Sequence record: SRR20825019_1390
DNA length: 57,347 bases
Strand: one strand, 5' to 3'
Part shown: piece after piece, positions 39,720 to 49,201 of the stretch
Position numbering within the stretch: position 1 is the first letter of the stretch
Layout of the letters: the number at the start of each line of letters is the position of its first letter
Translations under genes and position numbers: made by a program
Notes under the pieces: generated by a model
The model's input: only the letters and a program-made list of their open reading frames with translations
Told to the model about the DNA's origin: nothing
Databases searched by the model: none

Positions 39720-42700
39720 ATATCTCCCGATTCTTTGTCGACCGGCCGATATTTGCGGCGGTGCTGTCCATCATCATCTTTGCCATCGGGTTGATTTCGA
39801 TTCCGAACCTGCCGGTCAGCGAGTACCCGGAAGTGGTGCCTCCGTCGGTGGTCGTGCGCACCGTCTACCCCGGCGCCAACCCCAAGGAGATTGCCGAAAC
39901 CGTGGCCACACCGCTGGAAGAAGCCATCAGTGGTGTCGAAGACATGATGTACTTCAAGTCCGTGGCGGGCTCGGACGGCGTTCTTCAGATGACCGTCACC
40001 TTCCGGCCAGGCACCGACGCCGAGGAGGCCACCGTACGGGTGCAAAACCGTGTCAGCCAGGCCCAGGCCCGGCTGCCGGAGGAGGTTCGGCGCCAGGGCG
40101 TGACCACCCAGAAGCAGTCGCCCACGTTCCTGATGGTGGTGCACCTGACATCACCGAGCGGCACCTACGATACGCTCTACCTGCGTAATTACGCGCGGTT
40201 GCATGTGCGCGACCGGCTGGCCCGGATCCAGGGTGTTGGCGACGCGCAGATATTCGGTGGCGGTGATTACGCCATGCGCGCCTGGCTGGACCCGGACCGT
40301 ATTGCGGCCCGTGGCCTGACGGCGAGCGATGTCGTCCGCGCCATGCGTGAGCAGAACGTACAGGTGTCTGCCGGCCAGATTGGCGCGGAACCGGTGCCGG
40401 ACAGCGACTTCCTGACACTGATCAACGCCCGTGGCCGACTTGAAACCGTGGAAGAGTTTGGTGACATCGTGCTCAAGCGCGGTGACAACGGCGAGATTCT
40501 GCGCCTGGAAGACGTGGCCCGGTTGGAAATGGGGGCCGGTGACTACACCCTGCGCTCGCAACTGGATGGCAAGGATGCGGTGGCCCTGGGTGTTTTCCAG
40601 GCGCCGGGCGCCAACGCCCTGGAGATCCGCGACGAAGTGATCGCCACTATGGATGAACTGTCTGCCCGCTTCCCGCAAGGGGTGGAGTATGAGGCGGTTT
40701 ACGATACTACGATCTTCGTCAGCGATTCCATCAAGGCGGTCATTGCCACCCTTCTGGAGGCGGTGTTGCTGGTGGTACTGGTGGTCACGCTGTTCCTGCA
40801 GACCTGGCGGGCGTCGATTATCCCGTTGCTGGCGGTACCAGTGTCGGTCATCGGCACCTTCGGCGCGCTCTACCTGTTGGGCTACTCCATCAATACCCTG
40901 ACGCTGTTCGGCCTGGTGCTCGCGATCGGTATCGTGGTGGACGACGCCATCGTGGTGGTGGAGAACGTCGAGCGTAACATCGAGGAAGGCCTGAAACCGC
41001 TGGCGGCGGCTCATCAGGCCATGAAGGAGGTCTCTGGCCCTATCATTGCGATCGGTCTGGTGCTGTGCGCCGTGTTCATTCCCATGGCGTTCCTCTCCGG
41101 GGTTACCGGCCAGTTCTACCGGCAGTTTGCGGTGACCATTGCCATTTCCACGGTAATTTCCACCATCAATTCGCTGACCCTGTCGCCGGCGCTGGCGGCG
41201 ATGCTGCTGAAACCTCACAGCGCCCCCAAGGATCGGCTGCAGCGTGTGATCGACGCGTTGTTTGGTTGGCTGTTCCGGCCCTTTAACCGCTTCTTCAACG
41301 CCAGCGCCGAGAAGTATCAGGGTGGCGTGTCCAGCTCCCTGCGACGGCGAGGTGCGGTGTTTGTGGTATACGCGCTGTTGCTGACGGGTACCGGGCTGAT
41401 GTTCAAGGCGGTGCCGCCGGGCTTCATCCCCATCCAGGACAAGCTCTACCTGATGGCGGGCGTGAAACTGCCGGAAGGGGCCTCCCTGGAGCGTACCGAT
41501 CAATTGCTCCAGAAAGTCACCGACATCGCCATGGAAACCGAAGGTGTGGCCAACGCCGTGGCATTTCCCGGCCTGAACGCACTGCAGTTCACCAACACCT
41601 CCAACACCGGTGTGGTGTTCTTTCCCCTGAAACCGTTTGACGAGCGCAGTCTCAGTGCCGGGGAGATCAACGCCCAGATCAACCAGAGAATCAGTGGGCT
41701 GAAAGAAGGCTTTGCCTTCTCCTTCATGCCACCGCCGATCCTGGGCCTGGGCAACGGCTCCGGCTATCAGTTGTTCATAGAGGACCGTGGGAATCTCGGT
41801 TACGGGGCCCTGCAGAACGCGGTGAACCAGTTCCAGGGGGCCATCAGCCAGACACCGGGCATGGGGTATCCCATCACCAGTTACCAGGCCAATGTGCCGC
41901 AACTGGATGCGGAAGTGGACCGGCTCAAGGCCAAGGCCCAGGGCGTGCCCCTGACTGAAGTGTTCGACACCCTGCAGACCTACCTGGGGTCCACCTATGT
42001 CAACGACTTCAACCGGTTTGGCCGTACCTGGCAGGTCATCGCCCAGGCAGACGCCCCCTACCGCGACAGCGTGGAGGACATTGCCCGCCTGCGCACCCGT
42101 AACGACCAGGGCGAGATGGTGCCGATCGGCTCGATGGTGAACATTCGCCAGAGCTTCGGACCGGACCCGGTATTGCGTTATAACGGCTACCCCGCAGCGG
42201 ATATCGCCGGGGAGGCGGACCCAAGGGTGCTGTCATCGGCCCAGGCCATGGATACGCTGACAGCGCTGGCGGACCAGGTGCTGCCAGCCGGAATGGCGTT
42301 TGAATGGACCGACCTGAGCTATCAGCAGGCCACCCAGGGTAATGCCGCGCTGGTGGTGTTCCCGCTTGCCATCCTGCTGGTGTTCCTGGTTTTGGCAGCG
42401 CTTTATGAGAGCTGGACCCTGCCGTTGGCGGTGATCCTCATCGTGCCCATGTGCATGCTCTCGGCATTGATCGGCGTGTGGTTTAGCGACGGGGACAACA
42501 ATATCTTTGTCCAGGTGGGTCTGGTGGTGTTGATTGGCCTGGCCTGCAAGAACGCCATCCTGATCGTGGAATTTGCCCGCGAACTGGAGCTTCAGGGGCG
42601 GAGCATTGTGGAGGCGGCGCTGGAAGCCTGCCGGTTGCGGCTGCGGCCCATCATCATGACCTCCATCACCTTTACCGCTGCGGTTGTGCCCCTGGTGCTG

Positions 42701-42919
42701 GCCACCGGCGCGGGCGCCGAGGTGCGTGAGGCTCTGGGCACGGCCGTATTTGCCGGCATGATCGGGGTCACCCTGTTTGGCCTGTTCCTGACTCCGGTGT
42801 TCTACGTGGCGCTGCGCAAGCTTTCTGGAAGCCACCCGCTGAAGAGCCATCATACATCCACACTGTCTTCCGATGACGGCGATAGCGAAGACGCATTGCC
42901 AGGAGGTAGCCATGCTTAA
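39716..42919 (+). CDS. RND efflux transporter (OqxB/MexF-like)
   Basis: FFVDRPIFAAVLS, KSVAGSDG, GIVVDDAIVVVEN, KNAILIVEFA and RLRPIIMTS. Confidence 0.95.
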   Translation: MNISRFFVDRPIFAAVLSIIIFAIGLISIPNLPVSEYPEVVPPSVVVRTVYPGANPKEIAETVATPLEEAISGVEDMMYFKSVAGSDGVLQMTVTFRPGTDAEEATVRVQNRVSQAQARLPEEVRRQGVTTQKQSPTFLMVVHLTSPSGTYDTLYLRNYARLHVRDRLARIQGVGDAQIFGGGDYAMRAWLDPDRIAARGLTASDVVRAMREQNVQVSAGQIGAEPVPDSDFLTLINARGRLETVEEFGDIVLKRGDNGEILRLEDVARLEMGAGDYTLRSQLDGKDAVALGVFQAPGANALEIRDEVIATMDELSARFPQGVEYEAVYDTTIFVSDSIKAVIATLLEAVLLVVLVVTLFLQTWRASIIPLLAVPVSVIGTFGALYLLGYSINTLTLFGLVLAIGIVVDDAIVVVENVERNIEEGLKPLAAAHQAMKEVSGPIIAIGLVLCAVFIPMAFLSGVTGQFYRQFAVTIAISTVISTINSLTLSPALAAMLLKPHSAPKDRLQRVIDALFGWLFRPFNRFFNASAEKYQGGVSSSLRRRGAVFVVYALLLTGTGLMFKAVPPGFIPIQDKLYLMAGVKLPEGASLERTDQLLQKVTDIAMETEGVANAVAFPGLNALQFTNTSNTGVVFFPLKPFDERSLSAGEINAQINQRISGLKEGFAFSFMPPPILGLGNGSGYQLFIEDRGNLGYGALQNAVNQFQGAISQTPGMGYPITSYQANVPQLDAEVDRLKAKAQGVPLTEVFDTLQTYLGSTYVNDFNRFGRTWQVIAQADAPYRDSVEDIARLRTRNDQGEMVPIGSMVNIRQSFGPDPVLRYNGYPAADIAGEADPRVLSSAQAMDTLTALADQVLPAGMAFEWTDLSYQQATQGNAALVVFPLAILLVFLVLAALYESWTLPLAVILIVPMCMLSALIGVWFSDGDNNIFVQVGLVVLIGLACKNAILIVEFARELELQGRSIVEAALEACRLRLRPIIMTSITFTAAVVPLVLATGAGAEVREALGTAVFAGMIGVTLFGLFLTPVFYVALRKLSGSHPLKSHHTSTLSSDDGDSEDALPGGSHA

Positions 42920-44306
42920 AGTCATCACCATGACGGGGGCTCTGGCCCTGTTAACAGGATGCGCCGTGGGCCCAGATTACCAGGCCCCGACGACGCCGGA
43001 ACCGAATGCGTTTTCGGAAGGGCGAACCATGGTTGCCGGTGGAACCGACCAGCAGCGTTTCTGGCAGGGATTTAATGATCCTCTGCTGGCGCGCCTGATT
43101 GATGATGCCCTGGCCGCCAACTTCAGCCTGGAAGGCGCCGTCGCTCGCTATGAGCGCGCGGCCGCCCTGCTGTATGGCGCCGAGCGGGATCAATGGCCCA
43201 GCGTCACGGCCAGCGCCTCTGGCGCCGAACAGTACCTTGCGGATATTGAGCAATCTCCCCCCGGTGCCGGGCCAGAGCGGGTGCAGCGTTACCAGGCTGG
43301 CGTTGCCGCCAGTTGGGAGCTGGATCTGTTCGGGCGCCTTCGCCGTGCGACGGAGGCCCAAAGGGCGGAACTGGAGGCAGCCGGTGCCGATCTCGGTGCC
43401 GTTCAGGTAGCCATCGCGGGCCAGTTGGCCAGCAGCTATTTTGAGCTTCGAGGCCTTCAGGAGCAGTATCAGGTTGCCCTGCAGAGTGTGGCTTTGCAGC
43501 AGCAGTCACTGGACATCGTGGAAGCCCGGGTAAAGGCCGGGCGTGGTACCGAGTTTGATCAGGTCCGTGCCCGTGCCCAACTGGAACGGACCCGGGCCGA
43601 ATTGCCCACCCTGCAGGCGGGGATACGAGGGGCCATGCACCGCATTTCCGTGCTGACGGGCCAGCCGCCGATGGCGCTTGTCGATACGCTGTCACCTCGT
43701 GGAGCGCTGCCGGAAACCCTGCCGACGATTCCCGTGGATAGCCCGGGGGAAGTTCTGCGCCGCCGCCCGGATATCGCCGCTGCTGAGCGACGCCTGGCGG
43801 CCTCCACCGCCCGCATTGGGGTGGCCACCGCTGACTTGTTCCCTCGCTTTACTCTGAGCGGGCTAATAGGTTCCGTTGCCGGCGACACCAGCGATCTGTT
43901 CACCGGCCCGGCGGAAACCCGCCGCGTAGCCCTCGGCATTGACTGGACGTTCCTGGACCACGACCGGGTCAAATCCCGTATCGAGGCGGCAGGAGCCGAT
44001 AGCCGTGCGGCATTGGCCAGCTACCAGCAAACGGTGCTGGAGGCCCTGGAAGAGGCAGAAACGCGGCTGGTGCGTTATCAGCGAGCGCAACAGCGGGAAG
44101 AGCGGCTGGAACAGGCGATGAATAATGCCGAGCACGCCGTGGAACTGGCCCGGGCTCGCTATGAAGAAGGGTTTATCGGCTATTTCGAGGTGCTGACGGC
44201 GGAACAGGAGTTCACCGCCACCCGGGATGCGGCCGTGCGTAGCCGCACAGCGGTTACCCTGGCGATGGTGGATGTCTACCGCTCGCTGGTAGGTGCTCCG
44301 GGGTAA
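42912..44306 (+). CDS. Outer-membrane efflux lipoprotein (OprN/NodT family)
   Basis: LLTGCAVGPDY, WELDLFGRLR and LRRRPDIAAAE. Confidence 0.94.
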   Translation: MLKVITMTGALALLTGCAVGPDYQAPTTPEPNAFSEGRTMVAGGTDQQRFWQGFNDPLLARLIDDALAANFSLEGAVARYERAAALLYGAERDQWPSVTASASGAEQYLADIEQSPPGAGPERVQRYQAGVAASWELDLFGRLRRATEAQRAELEAAGADLGAVQVAIAGQLASSYFELRGLQEQYQVALQSVALQQQSLDIVEARVKAGRGTEFDQVRARAQLERTRAELPTLQAGIRGAMHRISVLTGQPPMALVDTLSPRGALPETLPTIPVDSPGEVLRRRPDIAAAERRLAASTARIGVATADLFPRFTLSGLIGSVAGDTSDLFTGPAETRRVALGIDWTFLDHDRVKSRIEAAGADSRAALASYQQTVLEALEEAETRLVRYQRAQQREERLEQAMNNAEHAVELARARYEEGFIGYFEVLTAEQEFTATRDAAVRSRTAVTLAMVDVYRSLVGAPG

Positions 44307-44330
44307 GTGTAAGTATCCCGGCGATCCTGA

Positions 44331-45068
44331 TTACTTCATCTCGAAGCCCTTGCCACGCAGGAAATCCCGCATGTGGGGGCGCAACTTGGATGTAAACAGT
44401 GGTTTCAGCTGTTGCGACCAGTTGGTGTCCTTGGTGCCCCCGGTGCGGGCCTGGTAATAGGTGTTCATAGTGGTGTCGAATTCCGCCACCAGGTCCGCAT
44501 CGCGTTCGCCCTGGTAATAATCCTCTTTAAGGATGGACGCGAGTGGCAGTCTCGGTTTCACCTCCGGAGCCTGGTCCGGATACCCCAGGCACATACCGAA
44601 CACCGGATATACATGCTCCGGCAGACGTAGTAATTCGCTGACTTCCGCTGGGTTGTTACGAATGCCCCCGATATAACACAGGCCCAGCCCCGCCGATTCC
44701 GCTGCGGTGGCAACGTTCTGGGCCACCAGGGCAGTATCGATGCTGGCCACCAGCAACTGCTCGGTCATCCCGCGGACTACCTCGGCACCTGCGCGTTCCG
44801 CGGCATCCGTGGCCCGTTTCATGTCTGCGCAGAACACCAGAAAATCCGAACTTTCCGCCACATAGCGTTGGCCGCCACTCAACTCCGCAAGGGCCTCTCG
44901 GTTGTTCGGATCGACCACATGGATAATGGAGTAAGCCTGCACATGACTGGACGTAGCGGCGCTCTGGCCAGCCCGGATCAGTTCCTCGAAGAGCTCGCGG
45001 GGAATCCTGCGGTTCTGGAACTTGCGGATTGAACGGTGTGATTTAAGAAGCTCAATGGTGGGATTCAT
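44331..45068 (-). CDS. nfsA: Oxygen-insensitive NADPH nitroreductase
   Basis: HRSIRKF, AATSS, YIGGIRN and KPRLP motifs. Confidence 0.92.
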   Translation of the reverse strand: MNPTIELLKSHRSIRKFQNRRIPRELFEELIRAGQSAATSSHVQAYSIIHVVDPNNREALAELSGGQRYVAESSDFLVFCADMKRATDAAERAGAEVVRGMTEQLLVASIDTALVAQNVATAAESAGLGLCYIGGIRNNPAEVSELLRLPEHVYPVFGMCLGYPDQAPEVKPRLPLASILKEDYYQGERDADLVAEFDTTMNTYYQARTGGTKDTNWSQQLKPLFTSKLRPHMRDFLRGKGFEMK

Positions 45069-45127
45069 AGCGCCCTTCAGCATGACAACGGAAAGCGCTT
45101 ATCCTGCCATTGGCGGGCGATGATGGC

Positions 45128-45164
45128 AAAAAGGGCCCCGCAATCATCATTACGGGGCCCTTTT
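45128..45164. terminator. Intrinsic terminator of the PEP-CTERM gene (bidirectional form)
   Basis: AAAAA-GGGCCCCG...CGGGGCCC-TTTT. Confidence 0.85.
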
Positions 45165-45192
45165 AGAGGTCGAGCGTTTTTTTAGCCAGCGA

Positions 45193-45810
45193 CTAGCGGC
45201 GACGGCGAAAGCCCAGGCCGAGCAGACCTAGCCCCATCAGCGCCAGCGTGCCCGGTTCAGGGACCTGTGCGGTTACTCTTACGTCGTCGAGGAAGTTGCC
45301 GACGGTGCCATCCGGGCTCACGGAAGTGAACTTGATGGTGGTTTCCAGAGCGCTGGCAATGAAGCTTCCTGAGAAGATGCTCCAACCACTCGTTACATGA
45401 TCATTCAGCAGCGAATCGGCACTGTTTCCATCGGAAATCAGGGACAACATGAAGCTTTCAGAATTGTTCTGGCGAGCGCGGTAAGCAAAGCTCAGGTCAT
45501 AACGCTGGCCAATGGTGGTATCAATGGTCTGGTAGATGCCAAATGGGCCATCCATGTCCGGGTGGGCATTCAGCTCGGCAAACTGGCTGCCGTCATAAGC
45601 GTTCACGCTGTTGAAGCCACTCTCCCAGATTTCAATGTTGCTGCCGGTCCAGCCAGCGACCTGGTCAGATGTAAAAAACTGCCAGGTGCCCGTAGTCACG
45701 TTGGGGTTTTCGAAGCTGCCATTCTCAATCAGGTTAGCGGTTGCCGGAGCGGCGAATGCGAGGCCTGCGGCAAGGATGCCCAGTGTGGCGATACGGTTGA
45801 TAATGCTCAT
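45193..45810 (-). CDS. PEP-CTERM sorting-domain protein (DUF642-like beta domain)
   Basis: Signal peptide and NLIENGSFE; C-terminal VPEPGTLALMGLGLLGLGFRRRR. Confidence 0.93.
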   Translation of the reverse strand: MSIINRIATLGILAAGLAFAAPATANLIENGSFENPNVTTGTWQFFTSDQVAGWTGSNIEIWESGFNSVNAYDGSQFAELNAHPDMDGPFGIYQTIDTTIGQRYDLSFAYRARQNNSESFMLSLISDGNSADSLLNDHVTSGWSIFSGSFIASALETTIKFTSVSPDGTVGNFLDDVRVTAQVPEPGTLALMGLGLLGLGFRRRR

Positions 45811-45856
45811 GTGGCCTTTCCTTAATGGTCATCAGTGTTGATCTGCACTGATAAAG

Positions 45857-45871
45857 GCAACATGCGGGCCA
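45857..45871 (-). promoter_or_regulatory. Sigma-54 promoter of the PEP-CTERM gene
   Basis: Minus strand TGGCCCGCATGTTGC fits GG-N10-GC. Confidence 0.8.
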
Positions 45872-45936
45872 CTGTCAAAAATTCTCCGTGAATTCAGATG
45901 CCGCGATGATTTTTGAGCGCAACCTTGAAGGCAGTG

Positions 45937-45953
45937 TGTAAAGAATTCTGACA
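45937..45953. promoter_or_regulatory. Upstream enhancer (PEP-CTERM/PrsR-type box)
   Basis: TGTAAAGAATTCTGACA (TGT-N11-ACA), 65 bp upstream of the sigma-54 site. Confidence 0.65.
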
Positions 45954-45975
45954 GGCCGGCAGCTATTGCTGGCGA

Positions 45976-46833
45976 TCAGAAGTGCTTCACAATAGCGCCC
46001 CCGAGGTCTCTGATAGCGCCATTACGTTCATCAAAAGACGCACCGGTTTGCGTTATATAGATCGCGATCACCAGAGGCGGGCGATGGGGTGGCCACAGCA
46101 CGGCAGTGATTGAACGGGAGCCGTGGCCGCCGGCTCCAGAGCGGTCTCCGATTGTCCAGTCCGGTGGTATCGCTGCCCGGAGCAAGTTGTCACTGACACG
46201 GTTGCCTTTGAGCCAGGTAACCAGAGTATCCCGGGAACCTTTGGATAGCGCCTCACCAAGTACCAATTTGCGGAGGTTCGCGACCATCGCCTTGGGACTT
46301 GTGGTATCTCGCAGGTCGCCCGGCGTGGCCTCATTGAGTGAGGTTTCCGTCCGGTCCAGCCGCGTAACGGTATCGCCCAGATCGCGTGCATACGCGGTAA
46401 CGCCGTCGGGGCCATCAATGGCCCCCAGTACCAGATTGGCGGCGGTGTTGTCGCTGGTGGCCATGATCGCTTCACACAGCTCCCGCAAACTCATACCTGC
46501 CTCTTCCTCTGCACGTGTCTCAGTGACCGGTGAATAGGTCACCAGATCGTCCTTGCTGAAGATCACTCGCCGATCCAGATCAACAGTGCCGTTATCCACC
46601 TTTGCCAGCAACGCCGCACAGGCCAGGGTTTTGAAGGTGCTTGTGATGGGGAAACGGTCATCGCCGTGATAGTCCCAGGATTCTCCAGTCCCGGAATCAT
46701 AGAGGGCGATGCCCACGCGTGCGTCCAGGCGCTGTTCCACGGTTTTCACCGCCTCAAGCAACGGGTTGGCGTGGACCAGAGAAAGCGTGGAGGTCATCAA
46801 CCAAAGGGCGAGCATTAACAGGGCGGAACGCAT
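45976..46833 (-). CDS. Class A beta-lactamase, CARB/PSE-like
   Basis: Signal peptide, STFK, SDN and ETSLN motifs, with RSG in place of KTG. Confidence 0.93.
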   Translation of the reverse strand: MRSALLMLALWLMTSTLSLVHANPLLEAVKTVEQRLDARVGIALYDSGTGESWDYHGDDRFPITSTFKTLACAALLAKVDNGTVDLDRRVIFSKDDLVTYSPVTETRAEEEAGMSLRELCEAIMATSDNTAANLVLGAIDGPDGVTAYARDLGDTVTRLDRTETSLNEATPGDLRDTTSPKAMVANLRKLVLGEALSKGSRDTLVTWLKGNRVSDNLLRAAIPPDWTIGDRSGAGGHGSRSITAVLWPPHRPPLVIAIYITQTGASFDERNGAIRDLGGAIVKHF

Positions 46834-47502
46834 CTAATCTCCCACTGAGTAAGACAGAATTCGCGACAGATGGCTGTAGGGCAGGCCAGTTTCCTTATGC
46901 CAGTCGTTGAAGGCCTGCTGTGCCTGCATCAAGGCCTTTTTGCTGCCGGGGCTGGCATCCAGCCGTTCCTCCCGATGCAACCCGGCGGCCACATCCGACG
47001 ACAGGATAAAGCCATCCCAACCTACACGGCGCAGAAAATATTGGGCGGTGTTGCCGCCAAGGCGGGCGCCGTGGCGTTTGAACCACATCAACAAGCCGAC
47101 CTGATCGTGCGAAGGCCATTGGCTCAGGAAGGCTCCAAAGCCACCGTGCTCACGGGCGCCATCCACAATCATCCGGGCGTTGTCCGGCACCGTTCGAATT
47201 TTCTGCATGTTGCGCACAATGCGTTCATCCTGTGCCAGATCCTCCAGCACTTCTGGCGGAACCTGCTGCCAGTACAGCGGCACGAACCCCTTGAAGGCAT
47301 CTTCAAATCCCGGCCATTTGTTCTCGATCACTCGCCACACGAAACCGGCCTTGAAGACGCAGCGTGTGACCTCGGACAGGTAGCGGTCGTCAGCCATGGC
47401 TTCAAGCTCACCGGGCGCCGCAACCCGGGGCAATATGGCGCGTAGCTCGACTTCGCCGCCTTTGCGGGCGGCTGCCTGATTGTAAATTCTGGAGAAGGAC
47501 AT
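46834..47502 (-). CDS. tag: DNA-3-methyladenine glycosylase I family protein
   Basis: VFKAGFVWRVIENKWPGFEDAF and IVRNMQKI. Confidence 0.8.
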   Translation of the reverse strand: MSFSRIYNQAAARKGGEVELRAILPRVAAPGELEAMADDRYLSEVTRCVFKAGFVWRVIENKWPGFEDAFKGFVPLYWQQVPPEVLEDLAQDERIVRNMQKIRTVPDNARMIVDGAREHGGFGAFLSQWPSHDQVGLLMWFKRHGARLGGNTAQYFLRRVGWDGFILSSDVAAGLHREERLDASPGSKKALMQAQQAFNDWHKETGLPYSHLSRILSYSVGD

Positions 47503-47583
47503 CGTAATTTCCGGAATCCGGTTGTCGGGTTGAAGGCGTGTGGTCCACTATAAGGTAAATGGGTTCAATGAAGGAGCCAAGCC

Positions 47584-47763
47584 ATGCCACTTATCGGATG
47601 GGTTTTTGTCATAGTCGCGCTGGCCCTGGTGGTCGGCAGCCTCTTCGTGCTGCGGGACAGCGCCAACAGTATGAAGATCTCTGACGAAAAGATGAAAAAG
47701 ATCCAGGAACGCAAGGCCGAGGTAGAAGCTGAGGAAAGTGCGGAGGACCGGGAGCAGTGGTAA
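47584..47763 (+). CDS. Small single-pass membrane protein, 59 aa (DUF2897-like); below the ORF-track cutoff
   Basis: AAGGAG RBS; MPLIGWVFVIVALALVVGSLFVLRDSANSMKISDEKMKKIQERKAEVEAEESAEDREQW. Confidence 0.85.
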   Translation: MPLIGWVFVIVALALVVGSLFVLRDSANSMKISDEKMKKIQERKAEVEAEESAEDREQW

Positions 47764-47920
47764 TTTGCTGTCCCCGTTAGACATTTCACGAAAATTCACA
47801 TTGTCGATGAAACGGTAGCGCAAGAGCCCCGTATCTCTGATGAATTTCTCATTTCACGGCAGTTTGGCCATTGGCGAAACCGGTCGTGAACAGTGTTCAT
47901 CCAGAAAAACGGGTTTCAGA

Positions 47921-49201
47921 ATGACGGGATATTACGATTACACCCTGGTGGCCGCCTCCTTTGTGGTTGCGGTACTGGCATCGTACAGCGCGCTCTACTT
48001 CGGCGCACAGCTTGCTACGCTCGAACAGGCAAAAGCCAGGCTATGGCTGGCGCTCGGGGCTCTGACGATGGGAACCGGGGTCTGGGTCATGCATTTCGTA
48101 GGCATGCAGGCCTATGTGATGCCGATGGACATGAGCTACGACCTCACCATTACCCTGATTTCCTGGGTTGCCGCTGTGGGTGCTTCGGGACTGGCCCTGC
48201 ATATCATCGGCAAGGACCGCGCGGGCCCGCTGCAGATCGTTATCGGCAGCCTGTTCATGGGCGGCGGCATTACGTCCATGCATTACGTCGGCATGGCGGC
48301 CATGGAGATGGAGCCGGGGATGCGCTACGACCCGGTTCTGTTCAGTGCTTCCGTTGTCATTGCGGTCGGGGCCTCGGGTGTGGCCATGTTCATTTGCCGC
48401 CGCTTGCAGTCAGTACAAGGCCTCAAAGGAACCGCCCTCCAGCTCGGCGCCGCCCTGGCCATGGGCGTGGCTATCTGTGGAATGCACTACACGGGCATGG
48501 CTGCCATGATCTATCCTGAAAACGCCATGCCCGCTGCAGACAATCTGCTATCGGGTGATTGGCTGGGTGCCCCGCTGGCCCTGTTCAGTGGCGTATTGAT
48601 CCTGGTCGCTCTTTTTGCCTCCGCCAACGACGTCAAGCAGCGCCGGAACGCTGAAATCCAGGCGCTGGAGGAATCCCGGCGTGTCGAGCGCAAAGCACTG
48701 TACGATTCGACCACAGGACTGCCCAACCGGGCCAGCCTGGCGAATCATCTGGTCAAGGAACTGGCAAGGAGTGAAACCGACAAACACGAGTTCGCTGTGC
48801 TCTACCTGGAGGTTGCCAACCATCGGGAGATTCCCGACAACCAAGCTGAAGACGCAATAGCCGCCCTGGCCAGAACCGTGAGGACAGCCGTCGATGAAGG
48901 AACCTACCTGGCACGCCATTCAACCAGTGCGTTCGTGTTGCTCGTGACAAACCCCGCAGACGACAAACACAAAGACCTGTATCAGCGCCTTCGGAATCTT
49001 CCGACGGAAACAGAAAGTGGCGTTACACTTGAACTTCGAGCCGGGCAGAGCGTGTTCCCCAACTCCGGGCGTAATAGCCGGATGCTGATGAAAAAAGCGA
49101 TGGAAACCTCAGAGCTTCGAAAGCTGGGGCTCGCCAGCATGAACGAAGAGGTAAAATCGGCGGATTACTTCGAGGCGCGTTCAGCATTGCCGGAAACATG
49201 A
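47921..49201 (+). CDS. MHYT sensor fused to a degenerate GGDEF domain
   Basis: MHFVGM, MHYVGM and MHYTGM repeats; YDSTTGLPNR; the active-site position reads RHSTSAF. Confidence 0.85.
   Translation: MTGYYDYTLVAASFVVAVLASYSALYFGAQLATLEQAKARLWLALGALTMGTGVWVMHFVGMQAYVMPMDMSYDLTITLISWVAAVGASGLALHIIGKDRAGPLQIVIGSLFMGGGITSMHYVGMAAMEMEPGMRYDPVLFSASVVIAVGASGVAMFICRRLQSVQGLKGTALQLGAALAMGVAICGMHYTGMAAMIYPENAMPAADNLLSGDWLGAPLALFSGVLILVALFASANDVKQRRNAEIQALEESRRVERKALYDSTTGLPNRASLANHLVKELARSETDKHEFAVLYLEVANHREIPDNQAEDAIAALARTVRTAVDEGTYLARHSTSAFVLLVTNPADDKHKDLYQRLRNLPTETESGVTLELRAGQSVFPNSGRNSRMLMKKAMETSELRKLGLASMNEEVKSADYFEARSALPET

Noticed and set aside
386-46537. Many long overlapping ORFs (e.g. 887-1753 +, 26559-27746 -, 40151-41902 -)
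   Set aside because: They are antisense or alternate-frame shadows of well-supported genes in GC-rich DNA and carry no motifs.
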